DNA from: Zootoca vivipara
Lineage: Eukaryota
Assembly: GCF_963506605.1 (NCBI RefSeq)
Contig: NC_083277.1
Span: forward strand, 62,682,001 to 62,746,000
Length of the DNA stretch: 64,000 bases
Direction of reading: 5' to 3'
Positions 1 through 14,594 of this stretch are shown here, in pieces; position 1 is the first letter of the stretch, and each line of letters begins with the position of its first letter. The notes under the pieces are model-generated. The model saw nothing but the letters and a program-made list of their open reading frames with translations. It did no database searches and was not told where the DNA came from. The translations under genes and the position numbers were made by a program.

Positions 1-1175
1 CCATGGGTGCATTTCAATAAATATGTAGCACATATTCAGATTGCCAACTTTTGAAGAGTTGTCTCTGTCAGAAGGTGGAGTACTACAGAAGCTCTGTGAG
101 AAGCAAGTACAGGCTTGGAGCCCTTTAGCAGTTTTTCTTGGGTCTGGAGCGGAGGTTGGATATATCCCAGCACACAGCATAAGATGCACCTCACCCTTTT
201 TTCTCTTTGCCTTTACACCAAATAACTCCAAAGAAAGCAGAGGGGACTCAGACAGACTGTTTCCCGCTCACCACCACCCTTTTCCCATTCTGGCCAGCTG
301 GCATTCTTAGTCTAAACTTACATTACCAGCTCTTGGCTGCTGCCTGAGAGAATCTGCTCCATTTTGCAGGCTAGCTTCTACAAACAGCAGCTCTTTCAGA
401 TGAGCTATATTCAGCTTGCTCCAAGATTCATTATTGGCAAGAGTCAATGCAAAAGAGAATTTGTATTGGACAGCATCTCTGAGATGACACCTTCATGAGT
501 GGTCTCTGTTTTTTGATTCCCCAATAACTCTCCACCTAACACATGCACACCTAACTGTTTGGGTTGCAGTTCAGTGTTGTGCATGCAGAAAGTCCTCGCA
601 ACTCCACTTTCTGAAACTGGGCTGAACCACTCCCAGTCAGTGTAGACAGCACCAAGTTAGATGGACCAGTGGTCTGACTCAATGTAAGGCAGCTTCTGTA
701 AGGTTACATCCAACTTTGCATGATGGGTCTTCTCCTCACGCAACAGGACTTCCCTCTCCTCTCCCTCCATGCTCCAAAAGGGTCCCCCAATGTACACTCA
801 AAATCTGGAGCAGATTTTGAGGGTACACAGGGGCCCCGAGGGGAAGCAGGGCAGGTTCCATTGAGCAAGCAGAAGTCTGTTGCCTGAATGTGACAGCAGC
901 ATTGGATGCAACCCTTAACCCTCAATGTAGGCAAACCACACATTGTAACACTTCAACCACTCCCAGAAGACTTTGTCAGATAGGAGATCCTCCAGATGTT
1001 GCTGGACTACAACTCTCATCATCCCAGAGCATTGGTTATGCTTACAGGCATCATGCAACATCTGGAGGACCTTGGGTCTTCTCCTCTGCCATAGCAGGGA
1101 AACATCTGGGTTTCATGAGCATTAACTGTTTTTTTGAGGCTTCAGATCTGATACTCTGTTGGCTTTTCCTTCTAG

Positions 1176-1487
1176 GTCTCTGTTTCAGACAATGGGGATC
1201 CAACTCTGAAATCCACCAGTAGAGTGGTAATCCACATCACAGATGTCAATGATAATCCTCCCACATTTTCCCAGAAGTTCTTCATGGTTAATCTACCACA
1301 GAAAACAGGATCTGAGACTCCTTTGCCAGTCTACAGGATGATTGCCACAGATCGGGATGAGGGACTGAACTGCCAAGTCACTTACAGCCTTGAAGAAAAC
1401 AGTGATGGAGTCTTCAGCATCCACCCAGTGACAGGCATGGTCTTCTCCAAAAAGGCTTTTCCTGTCCAGGAGTACAACATATTGACG
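1176..1487 (+). CDS. FAT2: FAT2 coding exon (first in window), cadherin repeats
   Basis: ttctag|GTC acceptor, ACG|gtgagt donor; encodes VSVSDNGDPTLKSTSRVVIHITDVNDNPPTF...YNILT with cadherin DxNDNxP and DRDE motifs; 312 bp, phase 0-0. Confidence 0.93.
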
Positions 1488-2247
1488 GTGAGTGAGATAT
1501 AGGAAGTTAAGGAGGATGGAGGGAGACAGTAGTTTTTTTTCTTGAGTATTTAAGGGCTTTGTAGTCAAAGAGGGTGTCCAGGTTGTTGTTGTTTAGTTGG
1601 TATACTGCCCTTCATCCATAGATCTCAGGGCAACATAATTACATCAAGAACCTGTGAAACCTATTTAGCCCAAACCTGCCATAAAACAACAGCAACACAT
1701 ACATTGCAGAAGACAAAATACTCCATCACCTTCTTCAGTTTGCATGGGTAGTCCAAGAGCAGTTTGGTGGGTTATCACTGGAAGCCAGTTACTGGGCAGC
1801 AGTAGCAAGAGAGGGTTGCTATTTTCAAGCCCTCCTTATGAACTTCCTGGAGGCATCTTAGCTGACCACTGCGGGCAGCAGGACACTTGACTAGATGGTC
1901 AGGTCCAGCAGGGGTCTTCTTATTTTCCTCTGTATGTTGAGCAACAAGCTCTGCAGGGTACAGAGTCAGACCAGAGTAGGCAGCTTTACATATGCCAAAG
2001 AAATCCTATAGAACTCTTGTATTGCACGAACCCTGCTAAGTTAACAGGGGCAAGCAAATGGATGCCATTCAGGTGTACACTTTATCTACCAGCTGAAGGA
2101 AGGCAAAGGCAACTGCAGGCTGCCCACTTTGTGGTGCTTCTGGCAATAGAACCACGAAAGGTCCGATTGTCCTATTAGGTTCACTCGGAACATTGGCAAG
2201 AGCGACTTTGGTTTCCACTGCATGTAAGCTGGTGTCTCTCTTGGCAG

Positions 2248-2458
2248 CTCAAGGCTACTGATGGCGGCAGCCCACCACTCTCTTCCAGCGTGAGGCTGCA
2301 TGTCAACTGGATCCCTAAGCCCCTCCCGTCCTCAGAGCCTCTGACTTTTGATGAGCCTCATTTCAACTTTGCTGTCATGGAAACAGACCCAGTGAACCAC
2401 ATGGTGGGAGTGATCAGCGTGGAGGCTGGGCTCGGCCAACTCTGGTTTAATATCACAG
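2248..2458 (+). CDS. FAT2: FAT2 coding exon
   Basis: ggcag|CTC...ACAG|gtgagt; [21 protein letters not shown]...WFNIT; 211 bp. Confidence 0.93.
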
Positions 2459-4159
2459 GTGAGTGGCATGCGGCTGGGAAATGAGCTCTGAGGGTGACTC
2501 TGGGCTGACAAAATGCTGCCTCGGTTCCCCAGATATTTGGCACACACATGCCCCGAGCGAACAAAGGCTGTTTATTTTAGATGGCAGGCACATTAGAGTC
2601 AAGGCCTTGGCGCTGGCAAGGAGCAGCATTGAGGCTGACTCAAGCAGTTGTCCCACAAAAAGCATTGTGCAGGTTTTGCATTACCTACCCATCGCACTTT
2701 GCGAAATGGCATTTCTGGCACTCTCCCAACCTTAAATGAAAATTCTTGTGTTGCAAACGGGCAAAAACACATCTTTGCAGCTCACAGGAAATATGTGGTA
2801 ATCATAACTATTCCCCACAGCAATAAAAACAAACCAACAGGAGAGAGAGAGGGAGAAACCACAAGGGGTTTTGAAAGTCCTTAAATGTTAAGTTGGTAGG
2901 GAGCTGCTATGAATGCCCTTGATAAAAAATCTATTATGTTTATTTCTATTATTCTCTAATTCCCCCCATTAGTTGGACATGTCCTATGCTTTCATTGTGT
3001 ATAAGGATGTCTAAAGATACAAATCTCATCTGTATATTTTTGCAAGAGTTAAGAGAGACTCATTCTAGTTAGATATTCCAGTGTAATGATCAATGCATTT
3101 TTGTTGTTGTTGTTGGAGATATGGACCTCTCTGGGATTAATAATTGGGACACTGGTGGGTGTCCACTGTGGTCCTATTTCCATCTTCAAGAACTCATAGT
3201 TCTGAAGGGGGTTTACCTTTTTTATAGTATATTGCAACATCTGTAAGATGTTCCCCAGGTTCATGTAGGTTTTCATGCACATTTAATGGTAGAATTTCAG
3301 GAATGCATAGATTTTTGAAATAATTATTAGGTGCTAAGATCATTTCATTTCATTTCATTTGGATCCTGTGCATCTGACTGATCTTTGATGTATCTTTCAG
3401 CTGTATTGATCTGTGGGTGCGCAATTCCTATTTCCTGGCGTTACATTGCAGAGTTAAGGTTTACTTTGGGGCTTGGGGGTTTTGTTTGTTGGTTTGTTTT
3501 TGTTTTGAGTGAAGCCATTCCTGAAGGCTGATAGTTTGCAGACCTGCAAGAATTGTCCTTCTCAGGGCACCTCCAAGGAATGCTTCTGTGCCTGGTGCAG
3601 TTGGGCATGGATAATGGAGTACAAATACAATGAAGGCAGGACAAGAATCAACACAGTACAGAATTGACAATGCTTGAGGAAAGTTTACTTTTCTGTGGGA
3701 CAGTCTGCCCGCATTGTGTCCCTTTGCAGGTATTTTCTTTGGAATTTAATCTCAGTATTTATCTATTCTCCTAAATCAGACACTGTTTACAATATGGGAT
3801 ATCAACCTCCTGCACAAAGTGACTCCGGCCAATCCTTTGCCCTGAATCATTACCCTGGTTGGCTAGCATACTCAAGCTAGCATTGGCGGAGGTTTTTTTT
3901 GTTGTTCTTTTTTAATCCTTTTCTATTTTACAAATTGTGTTTTACACCCCTCCATTCTTCCAAGGAGCTCAGATTGGGATGATATGCATGATATGTGGCT
4001 CTTTTTATCTACACAAGAAGGAAGCAGAATGCAGCCTTCTGCTTTAGACAGTGGGAAAAAGTGGTATATGGGGCTCCTCTGTAGGGATGGGGAATCAACA
4101 GCATCTGGAGGACCATTAGATCCCTAGCCCTGGTCTGTTTCTGCAACTGTTCAATTAGC

Positions 4160-4293
4160 ATTATAGAATTGTAGAGCTGGAAGGGACCACAGGATTCGTC
4201 TAGTCCAACCCCTTGCAATGCAGGAACTTTTTGCCCAGCGTGGGGCTCAAACCCATGACCCTGTGTCTCATGAGCTCCCAACTGAGCTATCCC
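4160..4293 (-). mobile_element. tRNA-Lys/CR1 SINE
   Basis: Reverse-complement copy with a small deletion in the anticodon arm. Confidence 0.78.
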
Positions 4294-5230
4294 AGGATGA
4301 TTAGGCTTCCCCAGAAAGTGTGGACTTTCCCTAGTGTCACAGCAGAGGACATTGTGAGTTCACACATAGAGCTGCCCTTGAGTTCCAAGCCAAAAGTTTC
4401 TCTTGGCGCTATAATGCCCTTCCCTTCCAAGTGATTTATAATGCAAGTCAGACAATGTCCGCACCTGTCTGCTCAAATAGTTCTACATGTTCATTTTCTT
4501 CCAGACATCATCTGGCCCCATCCCTTTTCTTTTTGCTCCTTTTCTATAAAGACACTGTTTCTTTAAAATTTTGGTGCCTCCCATTCACTCTCATTTTCAT
4601 TCCTGGCTCTTCCTAAATCACTTCAGTAGAGTCAAACACATTTTCCCTTAGGGACATATTTTTCTGAGTACTCAGACCAAAGATTCTTTCCCAGACCCCC
4701 CATTAATGGTTGTTGGAACTGCTATTGTGGGATAGGCTTTTGTGAGTGTAACAGGCCCTAACTGGCCATTACCCATGAGATCGCTGATGACCACCAGTGC
4801 CTCACCACCTCTGTCTTTCTCTGCCATTTTCTCTACTCGTCTCATTTTATTTGAAACATAGTTTTTTTAATAAAAAAAATTGGAGGCTTACTACTTTCTC
4901 CAATACCACCCAAGCCAAGAGTGCTCACGTATCAAGTCAGGTGGCTTTTACGAGCAGGGCTACACTATGTACTCTATATAGTTTTGCTCCACCATTTCAG
5001 GAACTCATACAACAGCATCTTAGTTTCCCCTTGTTATCTGTGAAACTGTTTCTGTTATCACAGAAACCACAGCTTCTTGAAAATGGCCATAGTTCCTATC
5101 TCACCTGCATCAAGGCTGCCCTCTATCCATGACACAATAGATCCATGGCGACCCTCCATCATAGCCTCCCAGTTCCTGCTGTTCTGCTTCAAGGAACTCT
5201 ACTTCCAGATCTCTGGAACACAAATAGGGC

Positions 5231-5422
5231 CATAGGAAGTTTCCCTGTAATGTGTCAGGCTATTGGTCCAGCTAGCTCAGCATTGCCTATATTGACTCGC
5301 AGCATCTCTCTGGGCTTTCAGGCAGGGGATCTCTCCAAGCCCTACCTGGAGATGTCAGGGATTGAACCTGGGGCTTTCTGCATGCAAAGCAGATGCTCTA
5401 CCACTGAGCTGTGGCCCTTCCC
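5231..5422 (-). mobile_element. Squam3-like tRNA-derived SINE
   Basis: gggattgaacctggggctttctgcatgcaaagcagatgctctaccactgagct; further copies at ~565-700(+), 7947-8107(+), 8400-8525(+), 9743-9920(-), 31505-31643(+), 33825-34025(-). Confidence 0.75.
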
Positions 5423-5471
5423 CAATGCCATTTTTGTAGCTAGGTGTGTGGTTTCCCTTTACCCAGTTACA

Positions 5472-5725
5472 AATCATAGGATCATAGATTTGGAAAGGAC
5501 CCCAAGGGTCATCTAGTCCAAGCCACTGAAATGGAGGAATCTCAACTAAAGCACCCTCCACAGCAGGAGAAAACAAGCTTGTTCCCTCTTCCACGTGACA
5601 GTCCTTGAGATACTTGAAGATGGCTATCATATCTGCTCTCAGTCTCCTCTTTTCCAGGCTAAACATGCCCAGCTCCCTCAACCGTTCCTCATTAGGCTTG
5701 GTTTACAGACCTTGATCATCTTGGT
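5472..5725 (-). mobile_element. CR1 LINE 3' fragment, internally deleted
   Basis: [26 protein letters not shown] on the minus strand plus CR1 ATTCTATG-type tail. Confidence 0.85.
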
Positions 5726-6220
5726 TGGAAGGGATATTTGTCAAGACTGCAGTATGGACTATCACTGCCATTCCGATCATGATCCCCCTCCCACCTCAAC
5801 ATATGCCTGCAATTTTTGGGGGGGGGGTAGCTGTAGAGGAAATGCTATTTGGAAATGGAAGGATTAACACAACAGAGTTGATTCCCAGAGAAGAGAGGTG
5901 GACTATGGTGGACAAGATAGAGCAGTCTATACAGGCCTTATGTGGCAGGAAAAGCTGTGAAATAGTGGTGGGGAGATTGTGCAGCTATCCCATTGTGTTG
6001 AAAAGTTATATTTTCTAAGCTCTGGGGAGGGGGGGAGGCAAAGAAAGGAGAAAAAGGGGAGGGTGTTTCACTCATGATGTCATGCAGATGTCAGGGAACA
6101 CAGCATCACTATTCCACAAGATGATGCCTAGTGTGGGAGCAGGATACATTCTCTAATTCACACAAAGAGCTCTCTCTAAGAAACCTTGCTTGGAGAATAA
6201 CCCATAACTATAGTATAAAA

Positions 6221-6356
6221 CAGTGTTTCTCAACCTTGGGTCCCCAGCTTTTGCTGGACTACAATTCCCATAATTCCTAGCTAGCAGGACCAGTGGTTAG
6301 GGATGATAGGAGTTGTAGTCCAACAACAGCTGGGGACCCAAGGTTGAGAAACATTG
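6221..6356. mobile_element. 136-bp palindromic hAT MITE
   Basis: TIR CAGTGTTTCTCAACCTTGGGTCCCCAG; degenerate 8-bp TSD gtataaaa/gtatatag. Confidence 0.8.
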
Positions 6357-7256
6357 GTATATAGGCACCCTTACACAACTTGTGACTCTCCAAGCTGAAA
6401 GCAGCCCACCAAATGGGTATTGTGGCCTGTCAGGTAACCTCACAATTTTGCAGCCTCTGCTTGGTCACTATTGTTGGTGGTGAGCTGTATTTCATTTGGT
6501 AGGCCGCAGTTTGCTCAAGCCAGAATCACTGGCTTCTGACTACCTTTCATCATCTATGCAGCCTGCTCTTTAGCTTTATGGACTATTGGAGAATAAAGCT
6601 GCGGGTTTTTCTGCCTTATTTCAGTCTTCAGGTGCTAAATGTGCATTATTTAAGTCCTTGTCCAATTGTAACTAATGGTGGGGAAATGAATAAGAACTCT
6701 GCAGTGGCTTCCGAAACATGTTCTTGTGGAGTTGCTTGCTCCACTGCAAATCTTACAGATGTTTGTCCTTGCCCAGGACTCATCCATGAATCGGAGCAAG
6801 TCTCAACAGAGAGAGGGGAACTGGTTTAAGCATCACACCTTGAAGCAAAGCCAGCAAATGTCCTCTCCCCTGCCAATTTCTCCAGATATCCCTTCTTTTC
6901 AACAGAACATGCCCTTCTGTGTCCCACTGGTTAATTTCAGCTCCCTTCACCTTGTATAGCATTTCAACAACAAACTAGGCATTATTGTGCACTTAAGCCT
7001 ATGCAAAACTAAAGGAAAATAAACAAAGATGCAATGAGGACAATAGAAGCCTTTCAGAGAGGTTTTCCACCCACCTTTTTTACTATTCTGCTGCCTGCCT
7101 CTGGATATATTTTATTTGTTGCAAATGCTACCAGCTGCAAGGATACTTTCCCCCTCTTGGACCCCTGCCTGCCTGGGTAGATGCTGTTACTCAGACACCT
7201 GGCCTCCTCCGTCATAACTCCTACCCTATCTACTTAAGTTATCTCTTCCCTCTAAG

Positions 7257-7396
7257 GTGGTGATGATGACATGGATTTTGACATCGAGAAGAGCACTGGC
7301 AGCATTGTTATTGCGAGAACCCTGGATGCAAAGAAAAGATCAAACTACAACCTCACAGTGGAGGTCACTGATGGATCGAGCCTCATCAAGACACAG
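7257..7396 (+). CDS. FAT2: FAT2 coding exon
   Basis: tctaag|GT...CAG|gtgagc; [40 protein letters not shown]; 140 bp, phase fits neighbours. Confidence 0.92.
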
Positions 7397-10300
7397 GTGA
7401 GCATCTGCAAAGCCCTGTCCAAACCCTTCTGCATTCTCAGGGAGAGTTTGGATAAGAACTTAGGATAAGAACATACACAGATAGAGTTCTCTCAAAAAAT
7501 TATTTTGCCAAAATGCTAGAAATTCATGATTCAGTTGAATTTGCATAAGACTGGGGGATAAGGGGCTCCCAATTTGGCCTGTGTAGATTAGCTGCAGGAA
7601 AATGGCATCGTCTTTCATGCGAGCTCACTTGGGGAACACCCTAAACTCAATGCTCAAATTCTTCTCAATGGCCTATTTAGGGTAGCACAGCGAAAAAATA
7701 AAGATAAGAACACTTACGAAAGGTGTCACTTTTTCTTAAATTCCTTCCTCTGCAGATCCTGGCCAACTGTGGTACTTGGAGACTCAGGGGCCCAGTTTGC
7801 ATGCAAAGCTAAGCCTAACCACTGCTTAATGTAAATGAGCAAACATGCAGTCTGTCAGAGAGGAGATTACGGTCCCTTTCCTCTTACCTGGTCATTGTGC
7901 TGCTGTGTTGAGCTGTACTAAGCCATCTCCAGAAGCTTCCACAGAAGCTTTGCATGCAGAAGGTCCCAGGTTCAATCCCTGATATTTCTGGATAGGGCTG
8001 GGATAGACCGCTGCCTGAAGCCCTGGAGAGCTGCTGCCTGTCAATGTAGACAGTACTGAGCTAGATGGGCCAATGGTTTCACTCAGCATAAGGTAGCTTC
8101 CTATGTTAAAAGGGTGAGCTGATGACAGTCTCCTGCACCACATCAGTTTTGACCCAAAACAATGAAGGGCTTATTCATTCACACAGATCAACCGCATCGT
8201 CCATGACACTATATTTCAGCACATCTCCACTTGAAAGACACAGATATGTATTGAGATAATTATGGCAGGCATTTGAGATTGATGAGTATTCTTCCCTGTG
8301 TGGCCAGGATGAGAGGAACTGAATCCTGAATCTGAATCATGGTGAAGCGGAAGCCCTGAGGCTTCCTAAGTTCGTTAAATTGGCAAGTTCATTACCAATC
8401 CCTGGCAACTCCAGGGAGGCCTGGGAGAGAACGCTCCCAGAGAGCTGCTGTCGGTCTATGTAGCCAATACTGAGTTAGCTGGACCAATTGTCTGACAGCT
8501 AACTCTGTCAGGCAGATTTCTATGTTTCAGGGTGTGAGCAGTCAGAATAATTCTGCATTTAATGCAATTGCCTGTTGCACATAAGTGACAGCATTTGCAA
8601 GACCTATATTAGCAAGTCCAAGAGAAAGGTGAGGACCAAAAGTGGTTCCACCAATTCCCCTCTTTCCTTTGCACATGTCAATGCAAGATCTGAAGGCGTG
8701 TCTAAACTGTTTTGATACTGGTTTAGCTGTCAGTGTCTCTTTGAAGCAATCTGGGAATTGTAACTTTTGTCAAGATACTGGGAATTATTTGCTCTAGATC
8801 TGTGATCTCTGTTGTTCAGGGGATCTTTGGCTAGTAGCCATGACAGCTAATGAGTTCAAAAGTGACCTGATATTAAAAGTGTAGACATGCATTTTGTCTC
8901 CCAACAGGTAGGTAGCCAACAAGCGCATATATAGAGGTTTGCCTGGGAAAACTAGGTTTTTAGCAGGGAATTAATCTGATAATTGTTTTCCTGGTAGCCA
9001 CTAAAGTTATGTGAAACCTAGGAGATGGTGGGAAGCAGATGCTGAGGGTGCTATTTCAGTGTGACTCAGTAGTAGATTGATGGTGTTTTCAATGTCTTTA
9101 TAACATTGTTCTGCTGCCACTAAGAGTCATCTTCTGACACCTTGGCTGACATGCAATCCCGGCCTCCAGGAACTTTTTTTCTGTTTACTTTGGCACTGAC
9201 AATCACTGCTGGGTATGTTGGTGAACCTGCTCTTGCAAAATCGTGGCAAGTTGGATTTCATTGAAGAAAGCAGGCGATTGAATCAGGTCATCTCCTTCCA
9301 AGATGCGGTTTGCGATGAAAAACAATTGGCTCTAATAGACAGAGATTGCCAAATTCTCTTTGCAACATTTGACAGCGGGCTTAGGGGTGGGTTTATTTTT
9401 TCCTGTTACAAATACGTTTCCAGGCTCTTGCAAATACGTTTCCAGGCTGCTTCTAATATATTGTACACTTTCCCCACCATGTCATTCCTGTCCTTATTCT
9501 GTTAGTTTCCTGGAATGAAATAAGCAAAACGGCAACTACGCCAAATAAGTTTATAATTCCAGTGCTTGTTTCAAAACAGTATGTACATCCAGTGCTGCTA
9601 AACTGATTCTCGCCAAACATTAATGGTGTCTGAGTTTTTCGGTCCCCCTTGCTGTTGCTTATCCTTATCCTTCACCTTCATAATCCTCAGCCTCATTTGC
9701 CTACACTTCAATTTGATTGGCTGGGATTTCCCATGCCATTTTAGGAGCATCAGAAGCTACCTTATGCAGTGTCCATCTATTTCAGTATTGTCTACACTGA
9801 TAGGCAACAGCTCTCCAAGGTTTCAGATGGGACATTCCCAGTCCTGGAGATGGCAGGAATCGAACCTGGGAAATTCTGCATGCAAGGCAGATGCTCTAGC
9901 ACTGAGCTGCAGTCCTTTCTCTATGAATTCATCACTTCAGATATAGTGTCATCTCGTTCAAGCTGGGCACCCTGGTAGAGCCCACTACTGACACCTGCCC
10001 TGTGCCCCCGTGATGTTCTATTCCAGATAGGCACCACAAGCAGCATATGTATCAGCTGGGTCTCACTGCAATTTTAATTCCTCTCCATGCCCCTGAAGTA
10101 CTGTCACTCTGGGACATGGTGGGGAATGAAAACAGTGACCCTATCCACCCTGTCACCTGGTGCCACTGCCATGTAAGCCCACATAAGAACATGGGAAGAA
10201 CCTGCTGGATCAGGCCAATGGCTCATCTCATCCAGCATCCTGTTCTCACAGTGGCCAACCAGATGCCTTTGGGAAACCAGCAGGGAGGGCATGTCCAGAA

Positions 10301-10596
10301 CAGAAGTTATCCACCAAAGACCTCAAGCCTAGAACTGGACTCACATCAAGTCATTGACAAAAATCGCATAAAAGCTCTCTGGAACACATGCTTTGGATAT
10401 GCATTTATGCACATAGCAGGGAGCACACGTCCAAAGCCTGCTAATTCTGGCATGCTGAATACACTTCCAAAGCTACAAAAAATAACTGCGATAGAGTTTT
10501 CTGTCAAAATTGTTGTGCTTGTCTAAGAATTAATCTCATCATTCCAGCCCCTACCCTGCCTTCTTTCTTATATATGTTCTCCCCACACTCTTGCAG

Positions 10597-10872
10597 GCCT
10601 ATATCCGTGTGATTGACATTAACCAGCATTCCCCCAAGTTCTTGGAGTATCAATATGAGGCTCACATTCCAGAAGACACGCCTCCCGGGACAGAAATCGC
10701 CTGGGTCCGTGCAACAGACCAGGACCATGGGAAAGGACTGCTCTACACCCTTCAGAGCAGCGTGGATCCCAGAAGCATGAAGCTTTTTCAGATGGACCCA
10801 AGCAGTGGCACACTCATGATGGCGGCAGCACTTGATTTGCAATCCATGTCACTGCACACCTTGACAGTCATG
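10597..10872 (+). CDS. FAT2: FAT2 coding exon
   Basis: ttgcag|GCC...ATG|gtatgg; AYIRVIDINQHSPKF...HTLTVM; 276 bp. Confidence 0.93.
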
Positions 10873-10983
10873 GTATGGGAATCACAGGAAAGCAACTTGT
10901 ATACTTATTTAATTTATATCCAACTCTATCTCATGGGCTTGGAGTGCCTTACAGCAGTTTTTCTCAGTTTCACTCAACATGTA

Positions 10984-11776
10984 CCATATTTTTCGTGCCA
11001 TAGGATGCACCTGACCATAGGACGCACCTAGTTTTTTTTAAGAGTAGGAAAACAAAGAAAAAAATATTTTGCTTTCTTGAATTGTCCTAGGCATAGCAGC
11101 CAACTCCTAGAGGCCTAGGTGCCTTTGCCCCCCTCCCCCATTAAATATTTGAGGAAGCTTTTTTGCAAAGGGGGAAAGCTCCATTTTTTGAGGATCAGCT
11201 CAAAGATGTGCAGGGTTTTTTTGCAAATGGGAAAAGCCCCGTTTGGGGGGGGGTCAGCTCACAGTTGTGCATCTTTTTTGCAAAGGGGGAGAGCTCCATT
11301 TTTTAGGATCAGCTTAAAGTTGTTGAGCTTACCTTGCAAAGCGAAAAATCCTGTTTTTATGGGGTTCAACTCACAGTTCTGCAGCTTCTCTAGGAAAGGA
11401 AAGGGGCCCATTTCTACAGTTTCCAGACAAATAATCTAATCAGCCAGTCACATGTAGCTGGGAAAACAAGCAGCCTCTCTCTGCAGACAACAATTGAGGC
11501 CTGGGCAAGGGGCCTGGGCGGGCCGGGAAGGGAGCTAGCTGCCTTATCTCCCTCCCTGATCTCTTGCAATCAGCTGCTGAGCGGGTCTTTTCAACACGCT
11601 CTTCTCCTCTTGTTAGCCTTTAGCTCTTTCTTTTTTTTAAAAAAAAAAGGCACGATCTGCCTTTTGCCCTGGGCAATTTGGCTCCAGGGACCATGCATTC
11701 ACTCCATAAGACGCACAGACATTCCCTCTTACTTTTTAGGAGGAAAAAAGTGTGTCTTGTGGAGTGAAAAATGTGG
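10984..11776. mobile_element. Tc1/mariner-superfamily (Tc2/pogo-like) non-autonomous DNA transposon
   Basis: TA-flanked; imperfect TIRs CCATATTTTTCGTGCCATAGGATGCAC / GTGTGTCTTGTGGAGTGAAAAATGTGG; internal ~60-bp degenerate tandem repeats at ~11158-11420. Confidence 0.65.
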
Positions 11777-12763
11777 TACTTGTTGCCGTGCACAGCTAGA
11801 TGTCGTGCCAGGGTTCAATGACCGAAACACAAAGATAGTATTATGGGTTAAGCAAGGCCATTACTTTATTGGTTGCAGTCAATATATTGGAGTGGGGTGG
11901 GGTAAGTATCTGTCTGCAGGGAAGAACAGCCCACCACCACCCTGCCCAACTGCTGAAGCCACCATGCAGGAGATGCCACCGAGATGGCAACCTGGGGTAT
12001 GTGCCAATATATGGCAGTTGGTCATGGCCCCCCAAGCTAGGTTGAAGACCTTTAAGCACCACGCCCAATACCCCTTATGGTAGCCCCCCATAAGTTATGG
12101 ATCCCCCCAATGCCCTTCTCTGCCAAAAATGTGACAGTAAGGAATCATACACAAACATATACTCTTGCTATGGGAAAGGCAATAAGCCATGGGCCAATTG
12201 TGACCTTTTCAACCAGTGACCAAAGAACATCCTGAAACTGTGGGAGGGAGGGTGGGGATGTTGGGGATGACACTGAGTGCTGAAGCCACAGCCCAGGCCT
12301 CCTATTTATATCCACCTCCAACAAGGCTTCCCTCTGTTCCACACTCAAGCCCTGCCCACCCCCCACCCCGAAGTAAAATGGAGGCTCTTATTGGCTCCTG
12401 AGGTTGAGCTCTAATTGGGACATGGTGCAACAGCACCAACCAACCAGATGGCTGTGGTCGCCCCTGTCTTCCACCATGTAAGTGCAAATAGAACAGAACA
12501 GCAGTGAACTGGGAGTTGATGCACTTGCAGGGCAGGAGCCTTTTTCTGTTGCTGTTGCATGCAGTTACTCCTTGGAATCAGGGGATTGAGATGTGCCTCA
12601 CGGCTTCATCCAAATGAATGAGAGTGGTTGCAAAGCCAAGTCCATACTGGCCCTTTCCCCCCAGGTCCATTTGGCATTCTGCAGCTGGGAAGTGTCATAT
12701 TGCAACGAATGCCTTCTTTTCTCTAAGATTGTCCTTCGTGTGTCCACCTGTTCTGCCACTTAG

Positions 12764-12974
12764 GTGCGAGACCAGGAAGTCCCGGTCAAGCGAGACTTTG
12801 CCAGAATTGTCATCCATGTAGAGGACTGCAACAGCCACCCTCCCCAGTTCTCCAGCCTCCATTACAAGGCAGAAGTTCTGGATGCAGCCCCAATAGGCAC
12901 AGAGGTTGTGCAAGTCCGAGCCCTGGATCAAGACCGAGGGGTTAATGCTGAAATCCACTACTGCCTTGAGGCAG
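12764..12974 (+). CDS. FAT2: FAT2 coding exon
   Basis: cttag|GTG...GCAG|gtaagg; [29 protein letters not shown]; 211 bp. Confidence 0.93.
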
Positions 12975-14460
12975 GTAAGGGACTCAAGCAATTTATAGCT
13001 GCCTATGAATGCAAGTGTTTCCCTGAATACTGAGTGTAATGGCATGTGCTAGCTAAATATGGTTTCCCCCCCAGTTTACTACAAATGCAAGACTAATAGG
13101 AGCAAGACAATTACATGAACTGGAGTGGACTGGCATATGAATGTGCTGGTTGACCTCTGTGAGAACAAGATGCTAGTCTAGATGGACCTGATTCTGCAGG
13201 ATTTGTGTCCTTTCTCAGCTCCTATCCTTTCACTTTCCATCTTGTGAGCTGAGGACAGTGCCTCTGGTTTCCCCAAGTCTAACCACAGGCTCCAAATTCA
13301 TTGACCACATTTCCCTTGTATTAGTAGGCAGGACCATCATCAAGTCAAGAGTCAGATGGTTGTGCATCTGCCAAAGGCACACACCACAGGTGGAAGCCCA
13401 CCAGCAAGACCTGCTCTTTCTTGTCACCATTGCAAACCTGCTTGTTTACCTGCCTCTCATTCAGGCCTAAACTACAGGAATTGTAAGAAAGAGGAGCAGT
13501 AGCTGCCACTGCTTACTTGCTCCTTGGCTCTCTGCCTGGTAAAGCAAAAAAGCACAAAAAGGCTGAGTTAAAAATTCAGTTTATATGACTAATAGTGTAT
13601 TCAGCATCAAATGCTAATGAGCAATAAAAAGGCGTTTCCAAATATATCCTTCATCAGTGTATATACATATTGCTGTAAAGCCAAACACACAAAACAATAA
13701 TTCATATTGGTTCAATATACCATCTATAAACATTTTAAAACCATAAGGCTATACTGCTTTAAATAACCAATTCCATTAATACAATAAATGTTATATCAAA
13801 AATACTCAAAAAGCTACTATAGCCCTAATTTAATCACTTGAGATAACAAGGCACATAAATAATTGTTGCTTACCAATCTTATGAGGCTTGTATGGTTTGG
13901 AAATTTTTCTTAGCACTCGTTTGCTCAGCTGTGCCAGCCAGCAAAGCACTATAGTTTGTTTATTCATTCATTCATTCATTTTCCTGTTGCCCCCACCACG
14001 TGAACATGTCATAAAATGTTCAGCAGGTCAGTATCACTCTGCTCATTCTGGACAGAAGCGGCATCTGAAAAATAAAAATGGGCCACCATTTTAGCCAACG
14101 TGTTGAACAAATCTGAGTTGCGATTCTTCTTCTATGAGCATTTTTCTTCTTTGAGTCTGCAGTGCTCCCTATCAGTTTTCACGGCCTTGCATCTCCAAGC
14201 CAGCAGCTCCTAAGTGTAGCATGAAAGTCTGTTTAACTTTTTGAATTGATGCACGGCTAATACCGTTTCACATTTCTAAATCTCTTTAAACAAAGTGTAG
14301 CCTGCCAGGGAAGGCATTGTTTCCCATTATGCTCTGTTGAGTAGGGCTATTTGTCCCTAAAGCTGCAGTCCTTTTCCAGAAATAAGTGCCACTGAAAAAG
14401 CAATGGCTTACTTCCAAATAAAGTAGATCAGAACTAGCTATCAAGCCTTTCATTTTAACT

Positions 14461-14594
14461 NNNNNNNNNNNNNNNNNNNNNNNNNNNNNNNNNNNNNNNN
14501 NNNNNNNNNNNNNNNNNNNNNNNNNNNNNNNNNNNNNNNNNNNNNNNNNNNNNNNNNNNNNNNNNNNNNNNNNNNNNNNNNNNNNNNNNNNNNN
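14461..14594. other. Assembly gap (134 N)
   Basis: Run of n. Confidence 1.
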